Source: Felis catus (Eukaryota). Taken from it: DNA of 64,000 nt. Made by a program: the position numbers and the translations under genes. Of this stretch, positions 27,169-39,085 are shown in pieces (within the stretch, counting starts at the first letter, position 1; every line of letters starts with the position of its first letter). The stretch covers positions 70,620,001 to 70,684,000 of the forward strand of contig NC_058368.1 of assembly GCF_018350175.1 (NCBI RefSeq), written 5' to 3'. A model generated the notes under the pieces. It saw only the letters and a list, made by a program, of their open reading frames with translations, ran no database searches and was not told where the DNA came from.

Positions 27169-28300
27169 CCCACCACCCCGCTCCCAACAGCCTGCCCTTT
27201 CTGCACGGGCTCACCATCATCTCTGTGTGCTGGGAGAGAAGTCACTTGTGGATTCAGCTGATGAGTGTTTACTGGGACTTTCTGGCAAAGTTTCCAGCAC
27301 TTCACCCCCTATGTGCAGCCTAGCAAAGGGAATAATGTCAGGCATTAGCAAACAGAGGGTTCCTTGCCTCCCGAGGACAGACCACCTCCCACTGCCATTG
27401 CAGGGCTGTTAAGGCAACAGAACACATCTCAGGGCTTCTTGGGATCAAAGAATGTGGGCACAGGAAGGTGGTGTAGACCTTTGGCATTAGAAAACAAGGC
27501 TTTCAAGACTTCAGTGGTTACAGAGAAACCAGGACATCCATGTCACGAGGGATTCCTATGGCCTGAAGTGTGATCTGACTTGTGCACTACAGGGTTGGGG
27601 TGTCTGAGGGGGCCGAGGCCTGGCCCTGAGCCCGGCTGCCCACAACCCTCACCCGCCAGACGAGCTTCTCAGTCTCTGTGTCTGTCCCGTACACAGTCAC
27701 TTGGTGAAGTGAGAAAGAAAACTGTAGTGAAAGCCAAACCGTGGGTAACTTGTGGTATGCAGCAAAATCCCAAGGAAATGTGATTCTCAGTGAAAACATG
27801 CTTTCTGGAGAAAGCCAAGAGGCCATAGGAACATTTGGGTATCTACAAACTTGATTTATGAAACTCTGCTCTTCCCCCTTAAAATGTCAAGTGATTAAGA
27901 TTCCTAGAAGTCATCATGAAACCCTCCACCCAGTGACAGAAACCCCTGCACACCTCTGCTGGTTGGGAGCCCTTTGTCCACCCCCAGGGAATGGGACCCG
28001 GTGACCTTATCACAGGGCCTTGACCTTCAGGGCTGCCCTGGGCCTCCTGGCATACTCTGGACTGGCCTCCCATGTGGAGGGTGAGGAGACCCTGATGTTT
28101 CCATCTTGGCATGGAGTTATCCTGATAGGGCCTGGAAAATAAACCATGATAGCTAAGCTCCAACGGGGGTTTAAAACAGGACCCTCTCACCACTTCCGCC
28201 GAACCTCACCTTCACAGTGGGTGTGAGGGCTTAGAGCCGGGGAGAGGTTAGGGATGGAGGCGGGGCTCAGAAGAGTCTGGAAACGGGTGTTCAGAAATGG

Positions 28301-28741
28301 GTGTTATAGGTTGAATTTTGTTCCCCCACGAGGATAGGATGAAGTCCCAGTACCTGGGTATGTGACCACAATTGGCAGCAGGTTCTTGGCAGGTATAATC
28401 CAGGTAAAATGAATGAGGTCATTAGGGTGGGCCTAACCCAAGATGACTGGTGTCCTTATGAAAAGACCTCGGTAAAGACGGAGACGTACCAGGAGAATGC
28501 CACGTGGAAATGGAGACAGAGATCCGGGTGATGCTTTACAAGCCAAGAACCCCCAAATATCGCCAGGTAGCCCCCAGAAGCTGGGGAGAGGCTGGAACAG
28601 ATTCTCCCCCACAGGCTCAGAAGGAACCAGCCCTACCAGTTTGGGGCTTTTAGCCTGTAGAAGGGTGAGAGGGTAAGTTTCTGTTGTTTTAATCCACCCA
28701 GTTGATGGTACTTTGTAACAGTAGCTTTAGCAAAGTAACAC
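28301..28741 (+). mobile_element. MaLR (MLT1C-like) LTR
   Basis: tgttataggttgaatt...gtgggcctaacccaagatgactggtgtccttat...ttctgttgttttaatccacccagt...tttgtaacagtagc. Confidence 0.8.
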
Positions 28742-28799
28742 TGTGGGCAAGAAGGATGCTGCCTGAAGTCTCCCGGGAGGGGGCCAGGGGGGGCGGATT

Positions 28800-28946
28800 G
28801 CCCAGAGGGTTTGTTCAGACACACAGTGCTGGGCCCCTGCCACGGAGGGGCTGCTTCGGTGGGTCTGGGGTGGGGCCTGAGAATGTGCATTTCTAACAAG
28901 GCCGTAGGTGCTGCTGGTCCAGAGACCACACTTTGAGAACCACTGC
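28800..28946. mobile_element. MER5A-like hAT MITE
   Basis: ggggcctgagaatgtgcatttctaacaag...accacactttgagaaccactg. Confidence 0.8.
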
Positions 28947-29091
28947 ACTAGGGGGCAGGATGTGGCCTAGGCATTGCAACCTTCCAGCCCCAGTAATGAT
29001 GGGACATATATCCCCACTACTGTGACTTGTGCCAGCCCACTTAGAAGACTGCAGTGGCCACAGTCCATTTTCATTTTAAATCATCTCTTTA

Positions 29092-29318
29092 GCTTTTTTT
29101 TTTTTTTAATATTTATTTTTGTGAGAGAGTGAGAGAGAGAGCGAGCAAGAGCATGAGAGTGGGAGGGGCAGAGACAGAGGGAGACACAGGATCTGAAGCA
29201 GGCTCCAGGCTCTGAGATGTCAGCACACAGCCCGACACGGGGCTTGACCCCCCGAACGGTGAGATCCTGACGTGAGTTGAGGTCGGTCACCTAGCCGACC
29301 AGGCTGCCCATGTGCCCT
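29092..29318 (-). mobile_element. Can-SINE
   Basis: Antisense SINE; TSD catctctttag. Confidence 0.85.
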
Positions 29319-30559
29319 TCCATCTCTTTAGTTTTAAGTGATTTACACATGAGTTGGTTCGTGGACCTCCCCCACCCCCCAACAATAATAACCCCATGTG
29401 ATAGGTGCCGGGGTCCCAATGTTTACAGACAGGAAAAGGAGGCCCAGGTGAGGGTATGAGTCCTCAACAGGACACTTTGCCCTCCTGACTCCCTGAGCTC
29501 AGGATTCCCACTCAGAGCCAGGCCTGGGAGCACCCCTGGCGAGTCCAGCCCTCAGAACTCACATGTCCCTCTTTGTAAACCACCTCTGAAGAGCAAGCCA
29601 TCCCTGTCCACCTGTGTCTGGCTTTGCAAACCAAAGGTGCTCTCAGCTCAACTCCCTCCCCCCGCCCATTGTCCCCACCTGTTTGCCACTGCATCTCTCA
29701 ACCCTGGTCCTCCTTTCTGATCTTGTTTTATTCCCCAGTGCCCTCTGGCTGTGCCTTTGTCCTGCTTCCATGTGCCCCAGTAAACCACCTGAGCAGTTTG
29801 GAGCTGAGAAGCCCGGTGTCAGGGTGGACCGGTTATGAGAAACTCCAGAGAATGGCAAGAAGGACTAGAAAGGGCCGAAGTCAGGCAGGTCTGGGCAGCC
29901 GGTCTCCAACGAGGAGGCCTCCTGGTTACCAAGGCAGCTCCCACCGCCTCATCACACTGCTGGCTAGCCAGGCCCCCTCTTGCCGCCTCCCCCCCCCCCT
30001 TTAGATAAGTGTGGGTTAGTGCAAACAGCGTGGAAGTGGAAGCTTTGCATTCCAGCCAGGTGTGGGCACACACTGTGGGCAGCTGGGATCTACTCAACAT
30101 GGTGGCTGCAGCGGCTGGGGGAGGGGGGGTCTCTCAGGGGAGCTCTTGCATGGTGAATGCACAGGACCCCAAGGGCAGAGTTCCAAATTCTTTAGGCCTG
30201 TGGTACCCACCCCCACCCCCACCCCCTGCCTCAGCAGGCCAGAAGCACCTCCACTGAGCACTTGGCTGTCGTGTCCCCAGAGTGACATCCATGCCCGGAC
30301 CTGTCTGGCCAGAGGGGCACACGGCCATCGTGTCCGAAGATAACTCAAAAGCTGAGTGTCCTCCTTGCTCGGAGCCCAGTGGAGCCAGACACCGAGGCAG
30401 AATGGAGGAAAAGCAACCCTGAACTGTGCCCTGAGCGCCCCCCGCCCCACCTGGGGCCTCTTGATGGGGTGCAGTGTATCCGACTGCAAGAGAGGAATTA
30501 TCCTCGTGGCCTAAACCAGTGAGAACGGACTGAGCACCACCTCTCCTTACAGGTGGAGG

Positions 30560-31150
30560 CGCCCTGCACTGTGGGGGGACGGCGACAAGGGGGCTCAGCC
30601 ACAGCCGGGCTCAGGAGCGCCCGGCCCAGGTGACAAGTAACATCCCTTCCAGAGAGCAGAGCCCGAGACTGGAGGCGGAGGAGAGTCATGTGCCCCAAAC
30701 GTCAGAAACTGCGAGATGCACGAAGCGGCGCCTCGGGAGCCGAAGGTCACTGTAGGATAGGGACTGACGACTCCGCGGAGAGCCCCTGCTGCGGCTTGGG
30801 GGCGGGGACCCGAGGGATGGGCGGGGGCGGCTGACGCGCCGCCGAGCAGGGCACTGCGCAAATCGCCTCAGTCCAAACGCGCCGCAAGTCGCTCTAAAGT
30901 CGGGAAGGTGCAATGAAAGGTTCGTCTGGATCGCCTGTCAACAACGCTCCCTTGGATAAGCGCTTCCAGACAGGCACTCAGCTAGTGAGAAACCCGTGCG
31001 CTTTCCCTGCCTTTGTCGTGTCCCCGCCGCACGGGTAATGGGGACGAGGTTGGTCCGCACAGGGAGCCCAGTGCCCGCGCCCCTGTCACTCCTCTCCGTC
31101 CGGACCCGCGTGCCCCCAGGTCCGGAGCTCGGGTGCGTCCCCAGAGCTTT
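30560..31150. promoter_or_regulatory. Orphan CpG island / promoter-like element
   Basis: Visibly CpG-dense in a CpG-depleted background; GC boxes (GGGGCGGGG ~30800, GGGCGGGGGCGG ~30820), TGACG half-CRE, TGCGCA. Confidence 0.65.
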
Positions 31151-31545
31151 CTGACATTTCCGGGGAAACCTTGGCGTTTTGTGAATGTTAACTTTAAGCT
31201 TTTACAAACTCTGCCTCGGAGGGAGGAGCACTGTTGCTCTTTACAACATTTGCGTCCCCAAACTCGAAGCCTCGTTCTTTTGGTCTTTTCTGCATTTATT
31301 ATGCAAATTCTCTCCCCCCACCCCCACCTTCAGAAGCCCAGGAGCCCCCTGTTCTTTATTTCAGTCCATGAGAGGTGCTACATCCTGAAGCTGTCAAGTT
31401 CAAGCTCTGGGGCCCCCACTTAACCATCCAAGACTCTGTACCTAATTTTGCATTTATTCCCCTGTATTCTTTTTCTTAAAGAACCCACCCCTCAAATTAT
31501 ATAAGCTTCAGGCCCCCAGTCCTGCCCCCCTCCCTAGATAAAGTC

Positions 31546-32631
31546 TCAAAGCTGGTGAGTCATTAGACCGTATTCTCTTCGAAGGGCACTGAGCCCCCAG
31601 CCTGGTTGATACTCATGTTTCTGAGGAAGCTTTTCCCTGGGTGGGGAAGGAGGAAGACTCTGACACTCTGAGAGTTTTAAGAAGCTGAGGAGCCATTTCC
31701 TGTACCATGTGGAAGCAAAGAAGTAAATGATGGGGTCAGTGCCACCGTTCATGTTCATGAGGGGCATGGTGAGCTGAAGGGACAGTCCCCGGGCAAGATG
31801 GCGGATGGAGCATCTCTCTCAGCATGAACCAGATGATGGTGAGGTGGCAGGGGCTGAAACACACGAGCACGGCCACCAGCACCACCAGGGTGAGCGGGCG
31901 GGCCCTCCGGTGGCAGCCTTTCTAGCTCCTCAGAGGGTTTTCCCGGGCCGTCCTGCACAGCTTCAAGGCGATCTTCATGTAACAGAACAGTATAATCCCC
32001 GCTGGCCCACAGAAGCTTATGGCACAGGCCACCAGGACCACGAGGGGCAGCCTGAGGATTCCCTCAACACTGTCCTACTCCGTGCAGGCCGGCTTGCCTG
32101 CCACGGGCTTGGTCACAGGTATGAAGAGCAGGGGTGCCCGTCTGCAGCAACGCCAGGGCCCAGACAGCCACACCGACGAGCCGCGCTCGGCCAGCGTCGC
32201 GGAGCTGGGGGCACCGGTGGGTGTGGACCACAGCCAGGTAACGGTCCATGCTCACGAACGTCATGAGGTAGACTCCCCCCCGTAGGTGTTCACGTAGAGG
32301 ATGAGCGCCGTCAGCCTGCAGAGCCCTTCACCAAAAGGCCAGCTGAAGTCCAGCGGGTAGTAAGTGATCCTTCCAGGCAGGGCCAGTGTGAACAGGAGGT
32401 CAGACACTGCCAGCTGGACCGAGTAGACGCCCGTTGAGTTGATCTTCTTGCCCTTTTGACAGGCAAGGCGTAGGGCAAGGATGTTTCCCAGAGCACTGAA
32501 GACCAAGAGGGCTGTGTAGAACAGAGAGAGGGTCACACTGACTGCCGGGGTGGGGAGTGAGGAAGGCAGGAGCTGGCATTGTGGAGGAGGCGGCTTGGGT
32601 CAGCCATGCTGGCGGTCATGTCACTGAGGTC
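31546..32631 (-). pseudogene. GPR183 (EBI2)-like class A GPCR pseudogene, single coding exon, multiple frameshifts and stops
   Basis: Reconstructed protein: MTASMADPSRLLHNASSCLPH/..VTLSLFYTALLVFSALGNILALRLACQKGKKINSTGVYSVQLAVSDLLFTLALPGRITYYPLDFSWPFGEGLCRLTALILYVNTYG/VYLMTFVSMDRYLAVVH..VWALALLQT/APLLFIPVTKPVAGKPACTE*DSVEGILRLPLVVLVACAISFCGPAGIILFCYMKIALKLCRTARENPLRS*KGCHRRARPLTLVVLVAVLVCFSPCHLTII../LSLQLTMPLMNMNGGTDPIIYFFAS. GN, LAxxD, DRY, CFxP and DPxxY motifs are present; KKINST, YxNTY, RTAxxNPL and DPxIYFFA are GPR183-like. Stops at 32075-32077 and 31922-31924; frameshifts at ~32550, 32275-32281, 32137-32139 and ~31790. Confidence 0.93.
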
Positions 32632-32859
32632 CTTGGGGAGACAAAAAAAACAAAAAAAGAAAACATAATATGGCATCTGTGGGGCTGTGCCTCTGTAGTA
32701 GTAATAAATTTGCTGAAACAACACGCAAATGAAAAACCTGTGTCTTTTTAGGTAAACTTTTTGGGGGCTCCTGGCTGGCTCAGTCGTGAAGGGTCCAACT
32801 TCGGCTCAGGTCATGACCTCGTGGTTCGTGGGTTCCAGCCCCACGTCGGGCTCTGTGCA

Positions 32860-33907
32860 GCTATTGCTGTGTAACATGTTACCCCCCAAAATTTAGCAGC
32901 TTGAAACACAGGATTTGAACAGGACAGAGTAAGAATGGCTTTTCTCCGCTCCTCTGTGTTGGGAGCCTCAGCTGGGAAGTCACAACGGGGGCTTACTCGA
33001 TGGCAGAGCCTGGGACCGTGTGGGGCTGACTTCCCTCAGATGAACGGCAGTTGGTGCTGGCTTCTGGCTGGAACCTCAGCTAGGGGCATCAACTAAAGCT
33101 CCCTCACGTGGACTCCTCACGAGACTGGGCTTCCTCAGCATAGCAGCCTGAAGGGAACTTCATTTCTTTCACGGCCGCCTTAGGCTTGAAAAGTGCCCTG
33201 GAAGCGACGTGGACGCTCCGTGCATTAACCACCTCTGTTATTTTCTGACTTTTGATGCTTTCACGTCTTGGGGCCTCGCTGACCCTCAAGGGACTGCCTC
33301 TTCCTGGGTCAGCCAATTCCTCGAGTGTGCTTTTCGAGGGTAAACCAACCAGTCCTCAGTCACACCCCAACCACCTCCTTTATCCGACTGTCTGGGCCAC
33401 TATCCACCTGCCCTAATCACCCGCAGGGCCAGATGCCAGACGACCAGGGCAACCCCTGTGTCCCGGAGCCCCCTGAAATGATCCAAACTAGCCAGTCCAA
33501 GTCTGCTTTACCCCGCCTCACATGGGTTTCGTCTTGCAGAAATCACACCAACAGTTCTTGCCCACCTTTCTGCCTCTCTGTCTCCCGGCTGACGCTGGTG
33601 CTTCCCCTGTGACCCCTGTGATGTGGCCTGTCCCCTCTTCTCGGGATCGGTGAGTGACAAACTGTCTTTACCGATGGCAGTCATCTTCTGATCCGTTGGC
33701 CTTCCTGAACCTCAATTTTTCTATTAATATGCTGTATTTTACAGCACCTTTTCTGACCTGGCCACAGAAGAATGACGTCATCACCCCCACCACCTCCAGT
33801 TGGCTACAAGTGAGTCACAAGCCCACGCAGAAAGAGAGAGGGACATAGCTCCCACCTCTCGATAGGAGGAAAAGCAAAGAATTCGTACCCACTTAAAAAT
33901 CCCAACA
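32860..33907. mobile_element. Old MaLR (MLT1) LTR with a nested MER74-like LTR (33221-33743, +)
   Basis: MLT1-like gctattgctgtgtaaca...aaaatttagcagcttgaaaca; MER74-like ttgatgctttcacgtcttggggcctcgctgaccc...gccactatccacctgccctaatcac; MLT1 resumes at ccttttctgacctggcc. Confidence 0.7.
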
Positions 33908-33909
33908 CG

Positions 33910-35290
33910 TACGTGCAAAAGCGTGCACAAGTCATACAGGTACAGTTTGATGATTTTCACAAAGTGAATACCTCCAAGGGATCAGCACCCAGATTGGGAA
34001 ACATACCTCACCAGCCTCCCCAAAGCTCACCTTTGTGCCCTGTGTCCTCTGCCTCCACACCAGGGTAACTACTGTCCTCACTTCTAAAATCACAACTCAG
34101 GGACGCCTGGGTGGCTCGGTTGAGCGTCTGACTCTTGATTTCGGCTCAGGTCATAATCCCAGGGTCGTGGGATTGAGCTCTGCCTCAGGCTCCGTACTGA
34201 GTGTAGAGCCTGCTTGGGATTCTCTATCTTTCTCTGTCTCCCTCTGCCCCTCTCCCCTGCTCGCGCACATTCTCTCTCTCTCTCAAAGAAAATTAATAAT
34301 AAAATTTAAAAATCACAACTCAGTTGCACGCCTGCTTCTGAACTTTAAACCAATGAAATCACAATGTATATGTGTATTCTCACACAGGTAGCCTTTTTGA
34401 GTCAACATTTGTGGACCCATATTGTTGGGTGTGGTTGAAGCTCTTTTGTTCTCACTGCTGTAAGATATTCCCTTGTATGAATGCATCACCATCAATTTGT
34501 CCATCCTACTGTTGAGGAACACCCAAATCGTTTTCACTTTGCAGACTGCTCAGGGGGCCTGAGTGGCTCCGTCGGTAAAGTGTCTGACTTCAGCTCAGGT
34601 CATGATCTCATGGTTCACGAGTTCGAGCCCCGTGTTGGGCTCTGTAATGACAGCTCAGAGCCTGGAGCCTGCTTCGGATTCTGTGTCTTCCTCTCTCTCT
34701 CTCTCTCTGCACCACCCGGGAGTATATAGCTAGTGAGTCCCCGGTTCTGTGCGTGCTTGGTTTTGGTATGGTTTTGGTATGGTCTGGCAAATAGTTTGTC
34801 AAAGTAGCTGCTCTTCATGCTCCCCAAAATGGTTGGGGGTTCCTGTAGCCCCTCGTTCTCACCAACACTTGGTGCTGGCAGTCTTTGTCAAGTGAACCAT
34901 TCTGATGGGTCTGTAGGGGTGTCTTCTTGTGGTTTTAATTTGCATTTCCCTAATGACTACTAACGTAGTCACATGTTTACTGGCTGTGTTTATACCTTCT
35001 TTATGAGGTGCCTGTATGAATATTTTGTCCCTTTTTCTATTGGATTGTCTGTCAAAAATGTTTATGATTGGGGCGCCTGGGTGGCCCAGTCAGTTAAGCA
35101 TCCAACTTCAGCTCAGGTCATGATCTCGTGTCCGTGGGTTTGAGCCCCGCGTCGGGCTCTGTGCTGACAGCCCAGAGCCTGAAGCCTGCTCTCGATTCTG
35201 TGTGTGTGTGTCTTTCTCTCTGCCCCTCCTCCACCCATGCTGTCTCTCCGTCTCTCAAAAATGAATAAATGTTTAAAAAAAAAAGTTCAT
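33910..35290 (-). mobile_element. Old L1M fragment interrupted by three + strand Can-SINEs (~34100-34310, 34552-34715, 35070-35285)
   Basis: L1 3' antisense motifs (gtggttttaatttgcatttccctaatgact; accaacacttggt) plus SINE heads. Confidence 0.75.
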
Positions 35291-36081
35291 GATTTCCTTT
35301 TTCCAATCCATTTCCCCCAATCTGCTAACTTAGCCTTGCCTTTGATATACACACCTCCATTTTTATTATCTGTGTTCTGATCATCCTTTAACTTTTAATT
35401 TCTATACCATGATGGTAAGGGGAAGAGCTGGGGCAGGTCTACCCAAAGCTCCCTGCCTAGCAGGTGGGGCCTGAGGGGCTGTCCCCGTGGTGCACACATA
35501 AGCGCTGAGGTTGCAGGGGCGTGTAGTTTGCCCCAGGACCACAGTAGCTCATAGAACGAGGATCACAGACCCAGTTGGAGAATGCTGCACGTCTGCAGTC
35601 AGATGCTGACTCGAGGGGCACCAGCTCCGTGAGCCCCCAAATCTCACTTGCATCAGGACACAGCTGTCCCCTCCTTGATCAACTTGGGGCTGGCTGGTGG
35701 GGAGCCTGCTGTAGGTTGTGGCTTATTTTAACCTAGGCATAGAAGATTTTGTCTAGTCCCTACAGATGGGAGAAGGGGCCTCGGTTCTAATGGAAAATAG
35801 AAGTCAGGCTGAAAGAGAGAAAGAGGAGCACTGAAAAGCCCTTCGAACCTCAGAAGGCTAGCTGGCCGGATCTCAACATGATAGATAGATAATCCCATTG
35901 AGAGATGTATGATCAGTCTCCCTAAAAGACGAATTCAAACATATTTTTGATTTTATCAAGTAATTCCCAAGTGCTGTGCCAGCTACTGGTTATATTCAGA
36001 AGATGCAAAAGAATCAAGTTTTTATTACTTGAGCCTTACGGTCTGGTTGGAAAGATAAAGGTATGCAGTTAAAAATTGCTA

Positions 36082-36437
36082 AAGGAGAAGGAGAAGGAGA
36101 GAGAGAAGGAAGAGGAGGGGAAGGAGGGGGAGGGGAAGGAGGAAGGGAAAGGGGAGGGGAAGGAAGAGAAGGAGGAGGAGGGGAAGGAGAAGGAGAGGGA
36201 GAAGAAGGAGGAGGGGAAGAGAGGGATGGGAAGGAGAAGAAGGAGGAGGAGAAGGAGAAGGGGAAGGAGGGGGAGGGGAAGGAGAAGGAGGAGGAGGGGA
36301 AAGGGAGAGGGGAAAGAAGAGGAGGGGAAGGAGAAGGAGAGGGAGAAGGAAGAGAGGGAGAAGGAGGGAGGGAGGGAGGAGGAGGAGGGGAAAGAGGAGG
36401 AGGGGAAGGAGGAGGAAGGGAAGGGGGAGGAGGGGAG
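36082..36437 (+). repeat. ~355-bp polypurine (GA-rich) low-complexity tract
   Basis: Essentially only A/G (one T at ~36227), built from GGA/GAA/GGGGAAGGAG units. Confidence 0.95.
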
Positions 36438-36994
36438 GCCCCTCTCTGTGCCTGTCATCCCCACCCCACGGGACCTCCCCAACAGGCACAAAGCACCCCA
36501 TTCCTCCTACCCCATCCCTTCTGCTCATAGGAAATGACCCAATACTGGTCATTTATGCCTTAACATGAAGTTACTAATGCATTTCCCTCTCACAAGTGTG
36601 TTTGCCTTTTGAGACTCACAGAGTGGTGATTGTAAAGTGCAAGGTGTGCCCCCGTTAAGGGACTGTCAGTTAGTGCAATCATAGGGGAGAGTTATGGAAA
36701 GTGCTTCCAAAGGGTTACCCCTAGGTCTGGCCCAGTGAAGGCAACTCGGTCCCGTCAATGGGTTTCACTCAGTGACCTGAAGGTGACCCTGGCCTTCGTA
36801 CCTTCTGTCCCGAGCTGTGCTTCTGCTCGGACGAGAAATGGCAGGGGTCCCGCTGCCGAGCTGGGATCTGCTGGGATGCTGGACCCATTGACTGCAGAGC
36901 AGAAAGCGGTGAGGAGCAGTTACAATCTGAGCCTTTCTCTCGGAGCCCAGTGCCTTCCTCGCGCCCCAAGAAGACTCACCTCTGGCCCACTTAC

Positions 36995-37146
36995 CTGCTG
37001 ACCAAGGCCAGCGCACAGGGAGCCCAGCAGAGCCTTGGCCGGGGCCCAGATGCCTTCCCAAGCAGCCGGGAGGTGCCCTCTCCCCGCTTCAGAATTGACT
37101 CAGATCACCGCACTACACTCCACGCCCTACCTCCCTTCACCCACTC
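36995..37146 (-). other. Candidate non-coding 5'UTR exon (152 nt) of the GPR183-like locus
   Basis: On the - strand: acceptor tgttttttctcccctgtttcttctttttctgcag| at 37147/37146; donor CAG|GTAAGT at 36995/36994 (alternative GAG|GTGAGT at 36980/36979); no ATG inside; same strand as, and upstream of, the GPCR exon acceptor at 32632-32633. Confidence 0.4.
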
Positions 37147-38307
37147 CTGCAGAAAAAGAAGAAACAGGGGAGAAAAAACACAAAACCCAAGGGTGGCAGA
37201 CAAGGTGATCTTCCTGCACAGGACGTACACGCTCAGCCACAGGGCTCCCGGCAGCTGCTGAGAAGGAGGGAGGGGAGGAAAGTTGCTCTGGGAAGCCAGT
37301 TCCCTTTCTGTTCCATTTCTGTGCCCCCCACAGGCTGGGATTTAAGCCATATTTGTGACTATCTAACCACCACAGTCAGGAAATTCAAAAGCGGCCACCA
37401 TTCTCCCTCCTGACTGGGAGCGGTGAGCTGGGGAAAGCAAGAAGTGCCATCTGGGGACTTGAACACACTCAGCCTCGGAAAGTGGAGGGGAGCCGCGCCT
37501 TGTCGGGATTCCCTGGGCCTTGTGATCCCAGCGAGAGGCTTTGATGGAGCCTGAAAGCCGAATTTGCAGCCCTCGGAGGCCGTGCCCCCAAGGGCTGCAG
37601 CCAGCAGGGGCAGGACCTGCCGGATTACAGCTGAAGCCAGGATGTCCCCCAGCAGGGCAAGGCCGGGTGTCCCTTGCTACTGCTCTTTTCTTCCTTTCAT
37701 TTCTGGAGAACAGTTTTCCTCACCGCGCAGCAGTCTAGTAAATGAAGCATCAAACCCATCGTGCCTCGTTCCTAAATTGCCACCACAGGGATGTCAGTGT
37801 GTGCATTGTTCCTGAGGCTCTCTCTGAACACCCTGGGAGGCCCTCCAGCCCAGCCTGAGACATTTGCTCCCAGACCCCTGTGTCTCCCGCATGGCAACCC
37901 ACGTGCCTGGGTTTCCCGAGTCCAGAATGTGGGTCAACGGGCTCCCCTACCTGGCCTCCCACTGACAAAGGCCATGGGACCCAATTTTTCCCATGTATAG
38001 ATCGGGCCCCAAAACATGTCCCCCAAATCTCCTGATCTGTTGGAGAACTTGCATAAAGAAGCCTTATCTTACCAGAAACTTTTACGAGAAACTTCCCCCC
38101 CTCCACCCCCAGGAGAAAGAGCTAAGGCAGTTTCCAGAGGTGCCTGACGTATACACAGGTCATGGGCCCTAGGAGAACCTTCCTCTGAGTCCTCAAAAAT
38201 TTAAGATTCTCCTAATAAAAGGACCTAGAAGGCCTAAGAAGGGCAACACAATATAAAATATCTCCTGCACTGTTGTTCACTCAGGATTCATTCAATAAGC
38301 ATATGCT

Positions 38308-38510
38308 GGCAGCACCCGGGTGGCTCAGTTGGTTAAGGGCCTGACTCTTGATTTCTGCTCAGGTCATGACCTCACAGTCTGTGGGTTCTCCACACTGGCA
38401 GCACAGAGCCTGCTTGGGATTCTCTCTCTCTCTCTCTCTCTCTCTGCCCCTCCTCAGCTCTCTCTCTCTCTCTCTCTCAAAATAAATAAATAAACGTAAA
38501 AGAAAAAGCA
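38308..38510 (+). mobile_element. Can-SINE
   Basis: SINE head, (CT)n, A tail. Confidence 0.85.
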
Positions 38511-38559
38511 TAAACTGAGTGCCAGCTTGGAGCCAGGCAGGGCAAAGTACGCATAGCAG

Positions 38560-39085
38560 GGGAGGGGGGAAGAAAGCTGTCCTCCACCCTCCCCAGGGCA
38601 GGTAGCAGCTGGGCTCTGCTGATTCAACTGACAAAAGACAGGTGAACAGAAAAGGCATATGCGTTTTATGTGATGTTAATCATTTTAAGTGGCGTGGGAA
38701 CCCTCACTGAAAAGTAGTGGGGACTCAAATAAGGAGTCAGACCTCAGCGTCGGCAAAGCACTTTCACAAAAGCGATGCATTGTGGCGGGTGTCAAGACAG
38801 AGGAAGGGAGGGGGTAACTGTGCAGGGAAAGGAATGGGAGATGAGGCCTGTTCTGAGTTCTGTCATGCAGAGAGCTCTCTGTGGGCTCTGGGCTTCGAGC
38901 AATCCTCTCCTGGTGTGGAGAGCAAAACACCTTTATAAGTGGAGATTTATGTCCTGCTTGGAGACAGATGGAGGGGGACAGAGAGCCTTCTCCTTCTGTT
39001 TCTTCCATTTCTTAATGGCCTTCAACCCAAAGTAATCCTTCTGCTGCAGTGGCTCATCTGGGTGCCACGTTCTGGTCGCCTTCGT
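38560..39085 (-). mobile_element. ERV1-class LTR (MER34/MER39-like), antisense
   Basis: tcaactgacaaaagacaggtgaacagaaaaggcat...ccttcaacccaaagtaatc; reverse-complement similarity to the LTR at 44911-45386. Confidence 0.55.

Noticed and set aside
31805..32285. + strand ORFs of 153 and 88 aa
   Set aside because: Antisense shadows of the GC-rich GPCR pseudogene.
36063..36552. 140-157 aa ORFs rich in E/K/G/R or L/P/S/F
   Set aside because: Artefacts of the stop-free polypurine tract; no real domain.
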